From an uncultured Micavibrio sp. (GTDB lineage Bacteria > Pseudomonadota > Alphaproteobacteria > Micavibrionales > UBA2020), in NCBI GenBank assembly GCA_964534445.1, contig CAZHOE010000003.1, positions 469,563 to 533,562 of the forward strand: DNA of 64,000 nucleotides, in the 5' to 3' direction. Positions 52,790-62,629 of this stretch are shown here, piece by piece (positions within the stretch are counted from its first letter, which is position 1; each line of letters starts with the position of its first letter). Below the pieces are notes generated by a model. It ran no database searches. It saw nothing but the letters and a program-made list of their open reading frames with translations, and had not been told where the DNA came from. The position numbers were made by a program, and so were the translations under genes.

Positions 52790-53427
52790 AAAAGTTTTTG
52801 CGCAATCGTCATACCTTCCTGCGTCGGCAGCAAAAGGCTGTGGTATCGCACAGGATCGGCAAGGCGTTTGTTGAAATCGCGCATAACCTGTAACGCGGTC
52901 TGGCGCACGCGCGGCGGCAGCTCTTGTCTCCAGACGGCATCGAACAGCAGCGTGTTATCACCGATGACAAGGCCGCCTTTGCTGACATGTTTTTCCGCCC
53001 AGTCGAGATAATGCAGGTAGTTTAATTTATCCGCATCAATAAAAATCATGTCAAACGGCGCTTTATCGGCAAGGTCTGCCAAAACCTTTTGCGCATCACC
53101 TTCCAGCAGGGAAATATTGGACGCGGCGGCAAGGTTTTTTCTGGCGCGGGCAGCGCGATCGGGATCTTTTTCGATGGTGTAGAGATGCCCGTCTGCGGGC
53201 AGAGCCGCCGCCATCCATAGCGCCGCATAACCGCCGAGCGTGCCGACTTCGATAATCGTTTTAACACTGGCAAGACGGATGAGCAGCTGCAACAGCTTTC
53301 CTTCCTCTGCATAAATGCTGATCTTGTCGTTATCGCCCGTCAGACTTTCGCGCGCGGTTTTCTGTGCATCGTTCTCCGGCGCAAATAAATCGCGGATATA
53401 GGACAGACGGTCGGGATAATGCGTCAT
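52786..53427 (-). CDS. class I SAM-dependent O-methyltransferase (caffeoyl-CoA OMT/YrrM-like)
   Basis: IIEVGTLGGYAALWMA, MIFIDADK, and GGLVIGDNTL blocks. ATGA overlap with the upstream membrane-protein gene. Confidence 0.85.
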   Translation of the reverse strand: MTHYPDRLSYIRDLFAPENDAQKTARESLTGDNDKISIYAEEGKLLQLLIRLASVKTIIEVGTLGGYAALWMAAALPADGHLYTIEKDPDRAARARKNLAAASNISLLEGDAQKVLADLADKAPFDMIFIDADKLNYLHYLDWAEKHVSKGGLVIGDNTLLFDAVWRQELPPRVRQTALQVMRDFNKRLADPVRYHSLLLPTQEGMTIAQKLF

Positions 53428-53765
53428 GCCAGTTGCTTCATTAAAAAGACATGGGCAAAATAGCCGATAACCAGCAAGCCAATACCTATACCGTATAATC
53501 CCCAAAATCCGACATTCAGTTTTTGCGCCAGCAGAAACGGCAGAAAGAAAGTGAGCGACAGCGGCACGGCGACGAGAACGCTTTTTGCAAAGCGCACACT
53601 GTTTTCCGCATCTTGATGCTCCGCATAGGAAAAGGCGAGCGCCAGTAAAGTCGTCAGCGGCAGCGCGATAATAAAGCCCGCAAGCTCCGGCTTTTTGTTC
53701 GACAGCCAGGAGGAAAAGGTGATGATCCCGGCGGAAATCAGCAGTTTGGCGGCGACCCAGTACAT
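53424..53765 (-). CDS. small 4-TM membrane protein (DUF3147-like)
   Basis: 113 aa, four hydrophobic helices, [19 protein letters not shown] motif. Family recall is tentative. Confidence 0.55.
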   Translation of the reverse strand: MYWVAAKLLISAGIITFSSWLSNKKPELAGFIIALPLTTLLALAFSYAEHQDAENSVRFAKSVLVAVPLSLTFFLPFLLAQKLNVGFWGLYGIGIGLLVIGYFAHVFLMKQLA

Positions 53766-53830
53766 GCTATAAACCCTTTAACTTGTGTTTGTTGCCATCA
53801 TTCTGCCGCAAGGCACCAAGAGGTTCAAGT

Positions 53831-54526
53831 ATGCGTGTTGTGGTTTTGACAGGGGCGGGTATTTCCGCGGAATCCGGTATCCGCACCTTTCGCGGGGCGG
53901 ACGGCCTGTGGGAGGGACACCGGATCGAGGATGTCGCTTCCCCCGAAGGGTTTATACGTGATCCTGACACTGTTTACCGTTTTTATAATGAACGCCGCCG
54001 CCAGTTGGTCAGCCCCGACATCCGGCCCAATGCCGCGCATCTGGCACTGGCGGAACTGGAGGCGGAGCTGGGCGATGATTTTCTGCTGGTGACGCAGAAT
54101 ATTGACGACCTGCACAAACGGGCCGGTAATCAGCGCGTGTTGCCGATGCATGGCGAGTTGCGCAAAACCCGTTGCACCTCTTGTGGTGTTGCGTCGGATT
54201 TTGATAATGATTTTGACCGTCAAACCGTATGCCCGTCTTGCGCCGCGGCGGGACATTTGCGCCCGCACGTCGTCTGGTTTGGCGAAATGCCGTTGTATAT
54301 GGATGAAATCTATGCCGCGCTGATGCAATGCGATGTTTTTGCGGCCATCGGTACCTCCGGCCATGTCTATCCGGCCGCGGGGTTTGTGGAGGTCGCGCAG
54401 CGCGCAGGTGCTGAAACGGTGGAAATTAACCTTGAAAAATCTGCTGTGCATTCATCCTTCGAGCAAACGCTCTATGGCCCGGCAACGCAGCAAGTGCCGT
54501 TGTGGGTGGATTTACTGCTGACCTGA
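53831..54526 (+). CDS. cobB: NAD-dependent protein deacylase (Sir2 family, CobB)
   Basis: [26 protein letters not shown], and a CxxC...CxxC zinc module. Confidence 0.9.
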   Translation: MRVVVLTGAGISAESGIRTFRGADGLWEGHRIEDVASPEGFIRDPDTVYRFYNERRRQLVSPDIRPNAAHLALAELEAELGDDFLLVTQNIDDLHKRAGNQRVLPMHGELRKTRCTSCGVASDFDNDFDRQTVCPSCAAAGHLRPHVVWFGEMPLYMDEIYAALMQCDVFAAIGTSGHVYPAAGFVEVAQRAGAETVEINLEKSAVHSSFEQTLYGPATQQVPLWVDLLLT

Positions 54527-54532
54527 CGGCGT

Positions 54533-55402
54533 TTATTTCTGCATGCGTCCCGTATCGGGATCAATGTGATAATCGTCAAGCCAGAAAACATGACCGCTGG
54601 CGCCGTGCAGACAGGGAATGATCGCATCCGTCACGCTTTGTGCCACCGCAATCGGCCACGGCGGATTGATAATGGCAATGCCGCTGCCGTGCATGCGGAA
54701 ATGCTGCTCGGGGGCAGCCTCCAGCATGATTTCGCTGATCAGAATATTATTGACGCCGTTTTTACGCAAGGTGCTCAGCAGCGTTTCATGGCCGCCGGCA
54801 TCCATGATAGGGTACCAGATAAAATAACAGCCCTGTGGCCATTTTTTCCAGGCTTGCGTGATAATGCGGGCAATTTCCGCATATTCGGTTTTGATCTCGT
54901 AACTCGGATCGCAAATCACAATGCCGCGGCGGCCCGGCAGGGGGATGCGGTCCATCAGTAATTTCAGACTGTCATCTTGCAAGAGTTCGGTTTGCGGCTG
55001 TCCCGCCATTTCGCGGCGCAGTTTTGCAAATTCTCCGGGGTGGCGCTCGATGGCGGTCAGTTTATCCGTCGGGCGCATCAGCTTGCGCGCGATATGGGCG
55101 CTGCCGGGGTAGGCGAGCATCTGCCCGCTTTCGTTCAGGGCGGATAGAATATCCAGATAGGGTTTCAATACCGGCGACATGTCATGGCGGCGCATCCACA
55201 GACGGGTGATGCCGTTATCAAATTCGCGGTTTTTTTCCGCCTCGACATCCGTCAGACGGTACACGCCGCGCCCGGCATGCATATCAATGGCGGCCATCGG
55301 TACAGGCTTTGCCGCAAAAGATTTCATGACCTGCGCCAGCAGCGCATGTTTTTGTACATCAGCAAAATTGCCCGCGTGATAGATGTGTTGATAAGAAAGC
55401 AT
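54533..55402 (-). CDS. rlmJ: 23S rRNA (adenine2030-N6)-methyltransferase RlmJ
   Basis: MLSYQHIYHAGNFADVQKH N-terminus and the DPSYE catalytic motif. Confidence 0.85.
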   Translation of the reverse strand: MLSYQHIYHAGNFADVQKHALLAQVMKSFAAKPVPMAAIDMHAGRGVYRLTDVEAEKNREFDNGITRLWMRRHDMSPVLKPYLDILSALNESGQMLAYPGSAHIARKLMRPTDKLTAIERHPGEFAKLRREMAGQPQTELLQDDSLKLLMDRIPLPGRRGIVICDPSYEIKTEYAEIARIITQAWKKWPQGCYFIWYPIMDAGGHETLLSTLRKNGVNNILISEIMLEAAPEQHFRMHGSGIAIINPPWPIAVAQSVTDAIIPCLHGASGHVFWLDDYHIDPDTGRMQK

Positions 55403-55435
55403 GGCGTGCCTAAAGGTGGTTGTGGGGGAATAAGA

Positions 55436-55468
55436 AAAAGCCCCTGAGAAGCTCAGGGGCTTTTTCTC
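55436..55468 (-). terminator. rho-independent terminator downstream of cspA
   Basis: gcccctgag-aag-ctcaggggc 9-bp stem flanked by A- and T-runs. Symmetric, so usable on either strand. Confidence 0.7.
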
Positions 55469-55483
55469 ATATCAAGTCAGATC

Positions 55484-55690
55484 TTACGCAGCCTTGAGAT
55501 TGACGGCCGTCATACGACCGGCGCGATCGGGCGCCAGTTCGAATTCGATTTTTTGGCCTTCGTTCAAACCCTGCAGGCCGGATTTCTCCACAGCAGAGAT
55601 GTGAACGAACACATCATTGCCGCCTTCATCAGGAACGATGAAGCCGAAGCCTTTTTTGGTGTTGAACCATTTTACGGTACCGCTTGGCAT
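55484..55690 (-). CDS. cspA: cold-shock protein (CspA family)
   Basis: [15 protein letters not shown] (RNP1) and VFVHISA (RNP2). A long upstream untranslated region (55691 to about 55860) is typical of csp genes. Confidence 0.95.
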   Translation of the reverse strand: MPSGTVKWFNTKKGFGFIVPDEGGNDVFVHISAVEKSGLQGLNEGQKIEFELAPDRAGRMTAVNLKAA

Positions 55691-55923
55691 ACCAGTTTCT
55701 CCTTATCGTCGAGTTATCATCCGGCAGCCTGAAAAGCTGCCTTCTAGTGAAGCCGGTGTGCTCAAAGCCGCGTCGAAAGTCGATGTCTTGAATACAGTCC
55801 AGCCGATAGAATAGAAGTAGCCTATCCGAACCCGCGCGGCAACTTGAATTTCTGGCGGTATTACGGTGAAAACGGTGGGGTATCTTGTTGAAAATTTAGG
55901 GGTAATTTTGTTTCGGCGTTATG

Positions 55924-56298
55924 TCAGAAAGGCCATAGGCACAAAAGCCAGACAATACCCGTCAGAATCAGGGCGAGCAGTACCGCCGCGCTGCCCGCAT
56001 CCTTGGCGTGTTTGGCAAGCGGGTGGTGTTCCGGCCCGAAGCGGTCAACAACGGCCTCGATCGCGGAGTTGAGCAACTCGACAATCAAAACCAGCAATAG
56101 GCTGCCGACCATCGCCGCCTGTTCCAGACGGTCTGTCGTCAGAAAAAAGGCGAGCGGGATACCGACAACGGCAAGAATGACTTCCTGACGGAAGGCTGTT
56201 TCGCTTTTAAACGTCGCTTTCAACCCGTCAACGGAATAGAAAAAGGCGTTGATGATGCGCTTCACGCCGACGGCTTTGGGTTTCAGGGATTCCGGCAT
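55924..56298 (-). CDS. dgkA: diacylglycerol kinase
   Basis: 124 aa, 3 TM helices, ETAFRQE and LLNSAIEAVVDR motifs. Confidence 0.85.
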   Translation of the reverse strand: MPESLKPKAVGVKRIINAFFYSVDGLKATFKSETAFRQEVILAVVGIPLAFFLTTDRLEQAAMVGSLLLVLIVELLNSAIEAVVDRFGPEHHPLAKHAKDAGSAAVLLALILTGIVWLLCLWPF

Positions 56299-56302
56299 CG
56301 GG

Positions 56303-58093
56303 TCAGGCCTCTTTCTGTTGATAGGCCAGATAAAGATCGCGTATCGGCCCCGGCTGCGTCAAGCCTTCATGTGCGGGCATATCTGCCGCAATCGTGCCGC
56401 CGTCGAGGAAGATAATACGGTCAAACATCGGCAAAAGGTGCAGGCGGTGCAGCGTGGCAATCACCGTTTTGCCTTTAAAATGCGCAAAAATGTTTTTGAA
56501 TATTTTTGCTTCCGTCATCAAATCCACACTGCTGGTCGGCTCGTCCAAGAGGATGATATCCGATTGCTCGGCGGCGAAAATCCCGCGTGCGAGGGCGAGG
56601 CGCTGGCGCTGGCCGACGGAGAGATTCACACCTTTTTCGCGGATATCGGTTTCCAGCTCTTGCGGCAATTGCATCAGCACGGGTATGAATTCGGCAAGGC
56701 TGAGCGCGCGGTAGACATCGGTATCCGGCACATCCAGCCCAAAGCTGACGTTAAAGCGCATTGTGTTTTCAAAGACTTCCGGATCTTGTGGGATGAGCGT
56801 GGTCAATTGCGCCAGTGCGGAAAAAGGCGCCGGCGTACCATCGATAGTGACATCGACATTCTCCGGCGCACGCAGGGCGCGGAGCAAGGTCAGCAGCGTG
56901 CTTTTGCCCGCGCCGCTGGTGCCGATCAGCGCGACGTTCTCTCCGCGGCGGATATCCAGATGAACGTTTTGCAACGTAGCCGGGCGGCTGCCCGGTGCGC
57001 CTTTGTGTTTGAAGGTCAGGTTGCGCAGCTGTATCTGCTGCCAATCGGGGGAGATGAGGGTTGTTTCATCGCGCGCAAGGCGGGCGTGATCTTGCACGAT
57101 TTCCTCGGTTGCGCGCAGGTTGGTCAGCGCGCCCAGCCAGTTGCTGTGCATCGACATGAAATCAAACCCCTGCCGCCCGACGCGGTCTTGATACATATAA
57201 ACGGTGACCAGCGTGCCCGCCGCAATCGTCAAACCCGCATCCAGCTGGAACCAGATATAGCCCAGCAAAATCATGCTCAGCATCCCGACGTTCAGCATGG
57301 TGTAAATAAAATACCGCCATTCGTTGATTTTGACTTCGCGCATAAAGGGCGGGATGGCCAGATGCAGCTTGCCGACCAGCGTATCGCGGGAAAAGTTTTG
57401 CAAACGCAAAATAACAATGCTCACGATATTGCTCACAAAATCAAAAAACGTCGCACTGGCGGCATGGGTGGCTTCGTTGCTGTCGTGTATCGCTTCGGTC
57501 ATTTTCTTGTTCAGGATGATGATGATGGCCATAGAAATGCAAAAGCTGATCAGACTGGTCACGCCGATGACCCAGTTGAACCAGACCAGCACCCCCAGCG
57601 CGCCGACGAGCGTGACAACGCGCTGAAAACTGACAAAACCGCTGGAAACAAAATCCTTCAGCGCCAGTGCCGCCGTTCGCACGCGGTTGATGGTGCTGCC
57701 CGAATGGTGATCCTGATGCCAGCTGAGCGGCAGGGCGGTTAAGCGCTCGAACATGCGCGTCACATAATGGATATAGACCACCTGGCTGGCGCGGCGTTCG
57801 AACACGCGGCCGGGGCCGTGCAGTGTCCACATCATAAAGTTGCAAAATACGATCAGCCCCAGATAATAGGCGCAATCGCGGAACAGGCTGTCCTCGGCCT
57901 TTTGCAGGGTATTGACCAACGCGCCGAACAGATAGGGCGTGGCTAGTTCAAACGCGACCGCCAGCATGAACATGATGTGATAAAGGATAATGATATGCCG
58001 CTGGCCCTCGGCATAGACCCAGGCTTCACGCCACAGGCGTAAATACGAAATATCCCACCAGCGGCGGGGAGGGGGGGCGGTATTAATTGTCAT
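56303..58093 (-). CDS. ABC transporter permease/ATP-binding fusion protein (exporter type)
   Basis: N-terminal 6-TM domain. Walker A GTSGAGKST, signature LSVGQRQR, Walker B ILLDEPTS. First ATG at 58093; the TTG at 58144 is possible. Confidence 0.85.
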   Translation of the reverse strand: MTINTAPPPRRWWDISYLRLWREAWVYAEGQRHIIILYHIMFMLAVAFELATPYLFGALVNTLQKAEDSLFRDCAYYLGLIVFCNFMMWTLHGPGRVFERRASQVVYIHYVTRMFERLTALPLSWHQDHHSGSTINRVRTAALALKDFVSSGFVSFQRVVTLVGALGVLVWFNWVIGVTSLISFCISMAIIIILNKKMTEAIHDSNEATHAASATFFDFVSNIVSIVILRLQNFSRDTLVGKLHLAIPPFMREVKINEWRYFIYTMLNVGMLSMILLGYIWFQLDAGLTIAAGTLVTVYMYQDRVGRQGFDFMSMHSNWLGALTNLRATEEIVQDHARLARDETTLISPDWQQIQLRNLTFKHKGAPGSRPATLQNVHLDIRRGENVALIGTSGAGKSTLLTLLRALRAPENVDVTIDGTPAPFSALAQLTTLIPQDPEVFENTMRFNVSFGLDVPDTDVYRALSLAEFIPVLMQLPQELETDIREKGVNLSVGQRQRLALARGIFAAEQSDIILLDEPTSSVDLMTEAKIFKNIFAHFKGKTVIATLHRLHLLPMFDRIIFLDGGTIAADMPAHEGLTQPGPIRDLYLAYQQKEA

Positions 58094-58168
58094 GGGGCAA
58101 TGTGCTTGGCCGAATCTGGAGTAAACGCGCCTTATGATAATCAAAATCCTGCCCGAAAGGGTACGGAT

Positions 58169-58423
58169 TTATTGTTTATTTTGTGTATCCACGCTGTTTT
58201 TGCGTGGCGGCGCGGGGCAGGTGGAAAAGCCCAAAGCCGCGTAAAGTCCGCAGCGCCCCATGGCCGCATTCAGCAACAAGCCGCCCGCCAGCACCATCGC
58301 GGCAATGCCGAGCCAGCCGGTCAGGATATGCACCGTCCAAAGGCCGATCAGGACTGCCGCCACGGCCACGCGTAGCCAGCGATCCCAGTTGGCAAGGTTT
58401 TTGGGGATGGGGGAACTTGTCAT
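58169..58423 (-). CDS. DUF2892 (YgaP-like) small membrane protein
   Basis: NLANWDRWLRVAVAAVLIG...GRCGLYAALGFSTC matches the DUF2892 pattern. Start at MTSSPIP. Confidence 0.6.
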   Translation of the reverse strand: MTSSPIPKNLANWDRWLRVAVAAVLIGLWTVHILTGWLGIAAMVLAGGLLLNAAMGRCGLYAALGFSTCPAPPRKNSVDTQNKQ

Positions 58424-58540
58424 GTGGGTTTCCTTGTTTATGTACTTATTTATATAGTCAAAGCACACCGCGTGACAATCCTGCCCATTCGTGGCAGATT
58501 GGCGCGGCATTTATCAGACGGAAACGGCAGGCACTATTAT

Positions 58541-60448
58541 ATGGCATCGCGACTAATTCTCAGCGTACAGGAAGGCAGTATTGCCTTTGGCGAAAAGGTT
58601 ATTTTTGACAACCTCACCTTCAATATCCATGAAGGGGATAAGATCTGCCTTGTCGGCAAGAACGGCACGGGCAAATCGACGCTGATGAACATCATCACCC
58701 ATGAAAAGGATCTGGACAGCGGGGAGCGCTGGGTTTTGCACGGCACCACCATCGGCTATCTGCAGCAGGAAATTACCCCTGTTCCCGGACAGACGGTCTA
58801 TGACTTCGTTTTCCAGCAGCTCAAAAAATCAGGGCAGGAGGAAGAAAACCTCTACAAAGTCGATATGGTGATTGAACCGTTGGAGCTCAAGCCCGATGAC
58901 AAAATGGATCGCCTGTCGGGCGGACAGCTGCGCCGTGCGGCGCTGGCGCGCGCGCTGGTGGAGGAGCCGGATATTCTGCTGCTGGACGAGCCGACCAACC
59001 ACCTGGATCTCGACGTGATCGAATGGCTGGAAAGATATTTGCAGAACTATCGCGGCGCCGTGCTGTGCGTCAGTCACGATAAAACGTTTTTGGCCAATAC
59101 GTCGGATAAAATCTTCTGGCTGGATCGCGGCCGCATGCGCGTGTGTCCCAAGGGCTTTGCGCATTTTGATGAATGGTCGACCCTGCTGCTGGAACAAGAA
59201 GAGCGGGAGTTGAAAAACCGCTCCAAACTGGTGGAGCAGGAAGTCGAATGGGCCAGCCGCGGTGTGAAGGCGCGCCGCAAGCGCAATCAGCGCCGCCTGC
59301 AAACCATGCACGAGGAGCGCGAACGCCTGAAGCGCGACCAAAGCGCCTTTCGCCGCATGATGGCAAAAGTGCAGGTGGGCGAGATGGAAGATGCGGAGGT
59401 GGGCTCCCGCGTGCTTGCCGAGTTTTTCAAAGTCGATAAAAAATATACCAATGAAGAGGGGCGCGATATCCGCATCCTTGAGAAGTTCAGCCTGCGTATC
59501 ACGCGCGGCGACCGCATCGGCATTCTGGGACGCAACGGATCCGGCAAGACGACGTTTTTGAAACTGCTGATCGGTCAGGAAAAACCCGATATGGGCAAGG
59601 TCAAGCTGGCCAAGGATCTGGAGTTTTCCTACTTCGACCAAAAACGCATTGATCTCTCGCCCGACCACACCGTGCAATATACGCTGGTGCCCAGCGGGGG
59701 TGATCATATTAATGTCATGGGAAAATCCCGCCATGTCTGCGGATATCTGAAAGATTTTCTGTTTGACCCTTCCATGGTGCACCAGCGTGTGGGCACACTG
59801 TCGGGCGGGCAGAAAAACCGCCTGCTGCTGGCAAAGGTTTTGGCCGATCCCAAGCCGCTGCTGATTTTGGACGAGCCGACGAACGATCTGGATATGGATA
59901 CGCTCGATAAGCTCGAAGAAATTTTATCGCATTATAAAGGTACGTTGATCGTCGTCAGTCACGACCGCGATTTTCTGGATCAAACCGTCAGCAAGATTTT
60001 GGCCTTTGAAGGCGATACGGTGGTGGAGGCCTGCATTGGCGGCTATTCCGATTATCTGGCCGTGCGTGACCGCCGCCGTCAGGAACGCATCGCACGCGCG
60101 CTGAAAGGCGATGATTTTGACGATGATGATATCGCCGAATTAAACAGCGTACCCGACAAGAAGCCGGCACCGAAAAAAGTAACGGCCGCTGCACCGGCAC
60201 CAAAGCAGTTTAAAAAACTGACCTATAAATTGCAGTACGAGCTGGACAACCTGCCCGATAAAATCGCCAAGCTGGAAAAAGAAATTGAAGAGCTGGAAAC
60301 GATTTTGGATGACGCAACGCTGTATGAACGCGATCAGGGATTGTTTGAAACGGCGTCCAAAAAACTCGTCCTCACGCGCACGGATCTCGTGGCGGCAGAA
60401 CACCGCTGGCTGGAGCTGGAGGACATGCGGCAGGCTGTGGAAGGGTAG
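58541..60448 (+). CDS. ABC-F family ATPase (Uup-like)
   Basis: Two NBDs (GKNGTGKST and GRNGSGKTT; LSGGQ x2), no TM domain, and a C-terminal coiled coil. Confidence 0.9.
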   Translation: MASRLILSVQEGSIAFGEKVIFDNLTFNIHEGDKICLVGKNGTGKSTLMNIITHEKDLDSGERWVLHGTTIGYLQQEITPVPGQTVYDFVFQQLKKSGQEEENLYKVDMVIEPLELKPDDKMDRLSGGQLRRAALARALVEEPDILLLDEPTNHLDLDVIEWLERYLQNYRGAVLCVSHDKTFLANTSDKIFWLDRGRMRVCPKGFAHFDEWSTLLLEQEERELKNRSKLVEQEVEWASRGVKARRKRNQRRLQTMHEERERLKRDQSAFRRMMAKVQVGEMEDAEVGSRVLAEFFKVDKKYTNEEGRDIRILEKFSLRITRGDRIGILGRNGSGKTTFLKLLIGQEKPDMGKVKLAKDLEFSYFDQKRIDLSPDHTVQYTLVPSGGDHINVMGKSRHVCGYLKDFLFDPSMVHQRVGTLSGGQKNRLLLAKVLADPKPLLILDEPTNDLDMDTLDKLEEILSHYKGTLIVVSHDRDFLDQTVSKILAFEGDTVVEACIGGYSDYLAVRDRRRQERIARALKGDDFDDDDIAELNSVPDKKPAPKKVTAAAPAPKQFKKLTYKLQYELDNLPDKIAKLEKEIEELETILDDATLYERDQGLFETASKKLVLTRTDLVAAEHRWLELEDMRQAVEG

Positions 60449-60518
60449 CGGAAACACCTGATTCTCTGCGCTTAATCGGCACACGGCCTGTGGATAACTT
60501 GGCAAAAAACGCCATTTT

Positions 60519-60564
60519 CAGGGGTTTTTTGGTTTTTCAAGTGAAAAAAATGGCAAAAAACCCC
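60519..60564. repeat. A/T-tract inverted repeat (aggggttttttg ... caaaaaacccct), with direct repeat ggcaaaaaac at 60500 and 60551
   Basis: 12-bp arms separated by 22 nt that themselves contain ttttt-caagtg-aaaaa. Located between the ABC-F gene and hupB. Confidence 0.6.
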
Positions 60565-60730
60565 TAAAAATAGCCCTTAAACGCAAAATAATGTTGGCGG
60601 TCGCGGATGAATCTGTCATGAATCAATAGTCACCGCGCGCAGGGGATGGTTTTGGGGAAAAGCCGCATTTTACAGGCTTTCCGCGCATGTTCAGCGCCGG
60701 TCGTTCAACCAATATGAAGTGAGTTAAACA

Positions 60731-61030
60731 ATGGCTAAAGCAACCCAACCCACCGTTACTCTCAAGCACATCGCGGCTGACCTGGCTGAAAAGCACGAAA
60801 TGACCAAAAAAAGCGTTAACCTGATCATGGACGATCTGGTTGCTGCGCTGGTTAAAAACCTGAAAAAAGGTAACCGTGTTCGCCTCGCTGGCCTCGGCAT
60901 CCTGCAAGTTAAAAAACGCGCTGCCCGCATGGGTCGCAACCCGGCAACCGGCGAAACCATCAAAATCCCGGCGAAAAAGAAAATCGCTTTCCGCGCTGCG
61001 AAAGAGCTGAAAGAAGCCGTTGGCAAGTAA
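60731..61030 (+). CDS. hupB: HU family DNA-binding protein
   Basis: 99 aa. GFGxF-equivalent LAGLGILQVKKRAARMGRNPATGETIKIPAKKKIAFRAAKELK. Confidence 0.9.
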   Translation: MAKATQPTVTLKHIAADLAEKHEMTKKSVNLIMDDLVAALVKNLKKGNRVRLAGLGILQVKKRAARMGRNPATGETIKIPAKKKIAFRAAKELKEAVGK

Positions 61031-61077
61031 TGTTGATATCTGTCTGCGCGATTGCCGGACAGATAACGCATAAAGAA

Positions 61078-61107
61078 AACCCGCGCTGGCAACAGGGCGG
61101 GTTTTTC
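61078..61107 (+). terminator. rho-independent terminator after hupB
   Basis: cccgc(g)ctg-gcaa-cag(g)gcggg stem followed by ttttt. Preceded by a second hairpin, tatctgtc-N13-gacagata (61037-61065). Confidence 0.7.
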
Positions 61108-61131
61108 TTATCACCTGCAAAGGAGCAAAAG

Positions 61132-61566
61132 ATGAACCCGTATGAGCGCAAAGTGCGCGATTTTCACATCGCCTTTGATATCGATGTCGACAAACCCATC
61201 ACGGCAGAGCTGCTGGCTTTTCGCAAAAAACTGATCGAAGAAGAAATTGCCGAGCTTTATGCCGAGATCGATCAGGGCATCGCGGAGATTAAAGAAGCCG
61301 GCAGCATCGCCCGCAGCACCCTTTCGAACCTGATGAAGGAAACGGCCGATGTGCAATATATCGTCAGCGGCATGAACGTGACTTTCGGTCTGCCGGCCGA
61401 TGAGGTCTTCGACCGCGTGCATGACAGCAACATGTCCAAACTGGGCGATGACGGCAAACCCCTGCGCCGAGATGACGGCAAGGTCATGAAGGGGCCAAAT
61501 TACCATCCGCCCACGCTGGATGATCTGATCGATGTGATTCCCGTACCCGTCAAGGATGCGGCCTGA
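61132..61566 (+). CDS. MazG-like nucleotide pyrophosphohydrolase domain protein
   Basis: aggagc SD. KVRDFHIAF...LIEEEIAELYAEI...ETADVQYIV is the E-x2-E-x12-28-E-x2-D style four-helix MazG pattern. Assignment is moderate. Confidence 0.6.
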   Translation: MNPYERKVRDFHIAFDIDVDKPITAELLAFRKKLIEEEIAELYAEIDQGIAEIKEAGSIARSTLSNLMKETADVQYIVSGMNVTFGLPADEVFDRVHDSNMSKLGDDGKPLRRDDGKVMKGPNYHPPTLDDLIDVIPVPVKDAA

Positions 61567-61633
61567 GGGATTTTGCTGCGCTGCGGGATAGAATCATTGC
61601 CGAAATGCGCAGGATTATTACCCGTCTGCGTCG

Positions 61634-61661
61634 TTGACAGTGTCTTGCCATAAGTCATAAT
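61634..61661 (+). promoter_or_regulatory. sigma70-like promoter (TTGACA-N16-CATAAT)
   Basis: Hexamers at 61634-61639 and 61656-61661, 30 nt upstream of the 61691 ATG (aaggagag SD). Confidence 0.35.
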
Positions 61662-61690
61662 CTGCCTCCGTCACCTCAAAGGAGAGATTT

Positions 61691-62605
61691 ATGGCGAAAA
61701 AGACGTTCACAAAACGGTTGAAGGCGATTTTTGCAACAGCTGTGCTGGGCGTGATGCCTTTGCCGGCGCTGGCGCAAGCCGTGGACCAGCCGGAAGCGGA
61801 TGCGCCGCATAGCCAGCTTCCCGGCGTTGGCGGTGTGGCAAGCGATATGCCGCAAGAAACAAACACCGCATCCGACCGCCGTCGTCTGGATCAGAAAACC
61901 GATGACTTCTTTGACCAGAAGTTCAAAGTCTATGCGACGAAAGAAAACATTTTCATCGGCCAGCCACCGCGCCATGATTTTCCACTCATCCATCTGCCCG
62001 ATGACACAGGCGTTACGATCACCCGCCAGTATCTCGACATCAAGCCGCTCCGCAAGGAATGGTATGGCCGGGCATCCGGTGTTGGTTATGGCATCGATCT
62101 GGCCGTCAATACGCCGATGACGGCGCTGGGTACGGACTGGCATATGGGCAGCGGCATGTATATCGGCGCGTTTGACAGCCCCGACCGGTTCGAGAACCGT
62201 GACAATCATCGCAACAATGTCTTCAACGCCTATGTCGAGGGTGCCACCGATGTGCAATTCGGCAAAACGCACGGCAATATGGTGATCGGCATTTCCTATG
62301 GCAGCCGTCAGGGGCCCGATATCGAACACCGTGAAGAAGGCGCGCGCCTGTATCAGCAGATTGACTTTCCATCCCTGTTTAACGGCGCTGCCGCGAACAA
62401 TAATTACGACATCGGCCGTTTTTCCGGCATGGTGAAAACCTATGTCGGCACAGACAGCAGCGGAGCGGAGATCGGTCTTTATTTCAACGACCTGAAAGCC
62501 GAAGGCAAGGGCGTGAACTACAGCGTCGGCCCCGAAGTGCGCTATGACACCGAGCGCGGTGCATCCGTGCGCTTGCGCGTGCGCATTGCGCCGAAATGGT
62601 TTTGA
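61691..62605 (+). CDS. putative outer-membrane beta-barrel protein
   Basis: Signal peptide ...VLGVMPLPALAQA. Alternating Gly/aromatic strands. C-terminal ...LRVRIAPKWF, where the terminal aromatic residue is typical of OMPs. Confidence 0.5.
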   Translation: MAKKTFTKRLKAIFATAVLGVMPLPALAQAVDQPEADAPHSQLPGVGGVASDMPQETNTASDRRRLDQKTDDFFDQKFKVYATKENIFIGQPPRHDFPLIHLPDDTGVTITRQYLDIKPLRKEWYGRASGVGYGIDLAVNTPMTALGTDWHMGSGMYIGAFDSPDRFENRDNHRNNVFNAYVEGATDVQFGKTHGNMVIGISYGSRQGPDIEHREEGARLYQQIDFPSLFNGAAANNNYDIGRFSGMVKTYVGTDSSGAEIGLYFNDLKAEGKGVNYSVGPEVRYDTERGASVRLRVRIAPKWF

Positions 62606-62629
62606 TCTTTTCGCTTAGATATTTAAAAA

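Noticed and set aside
56249-57742. 497-aa plus-strand ORF antisense to the ABC exporter
   Set aside because: Shadow frame. Walker A/B and the ABC signature are on the minus strand.
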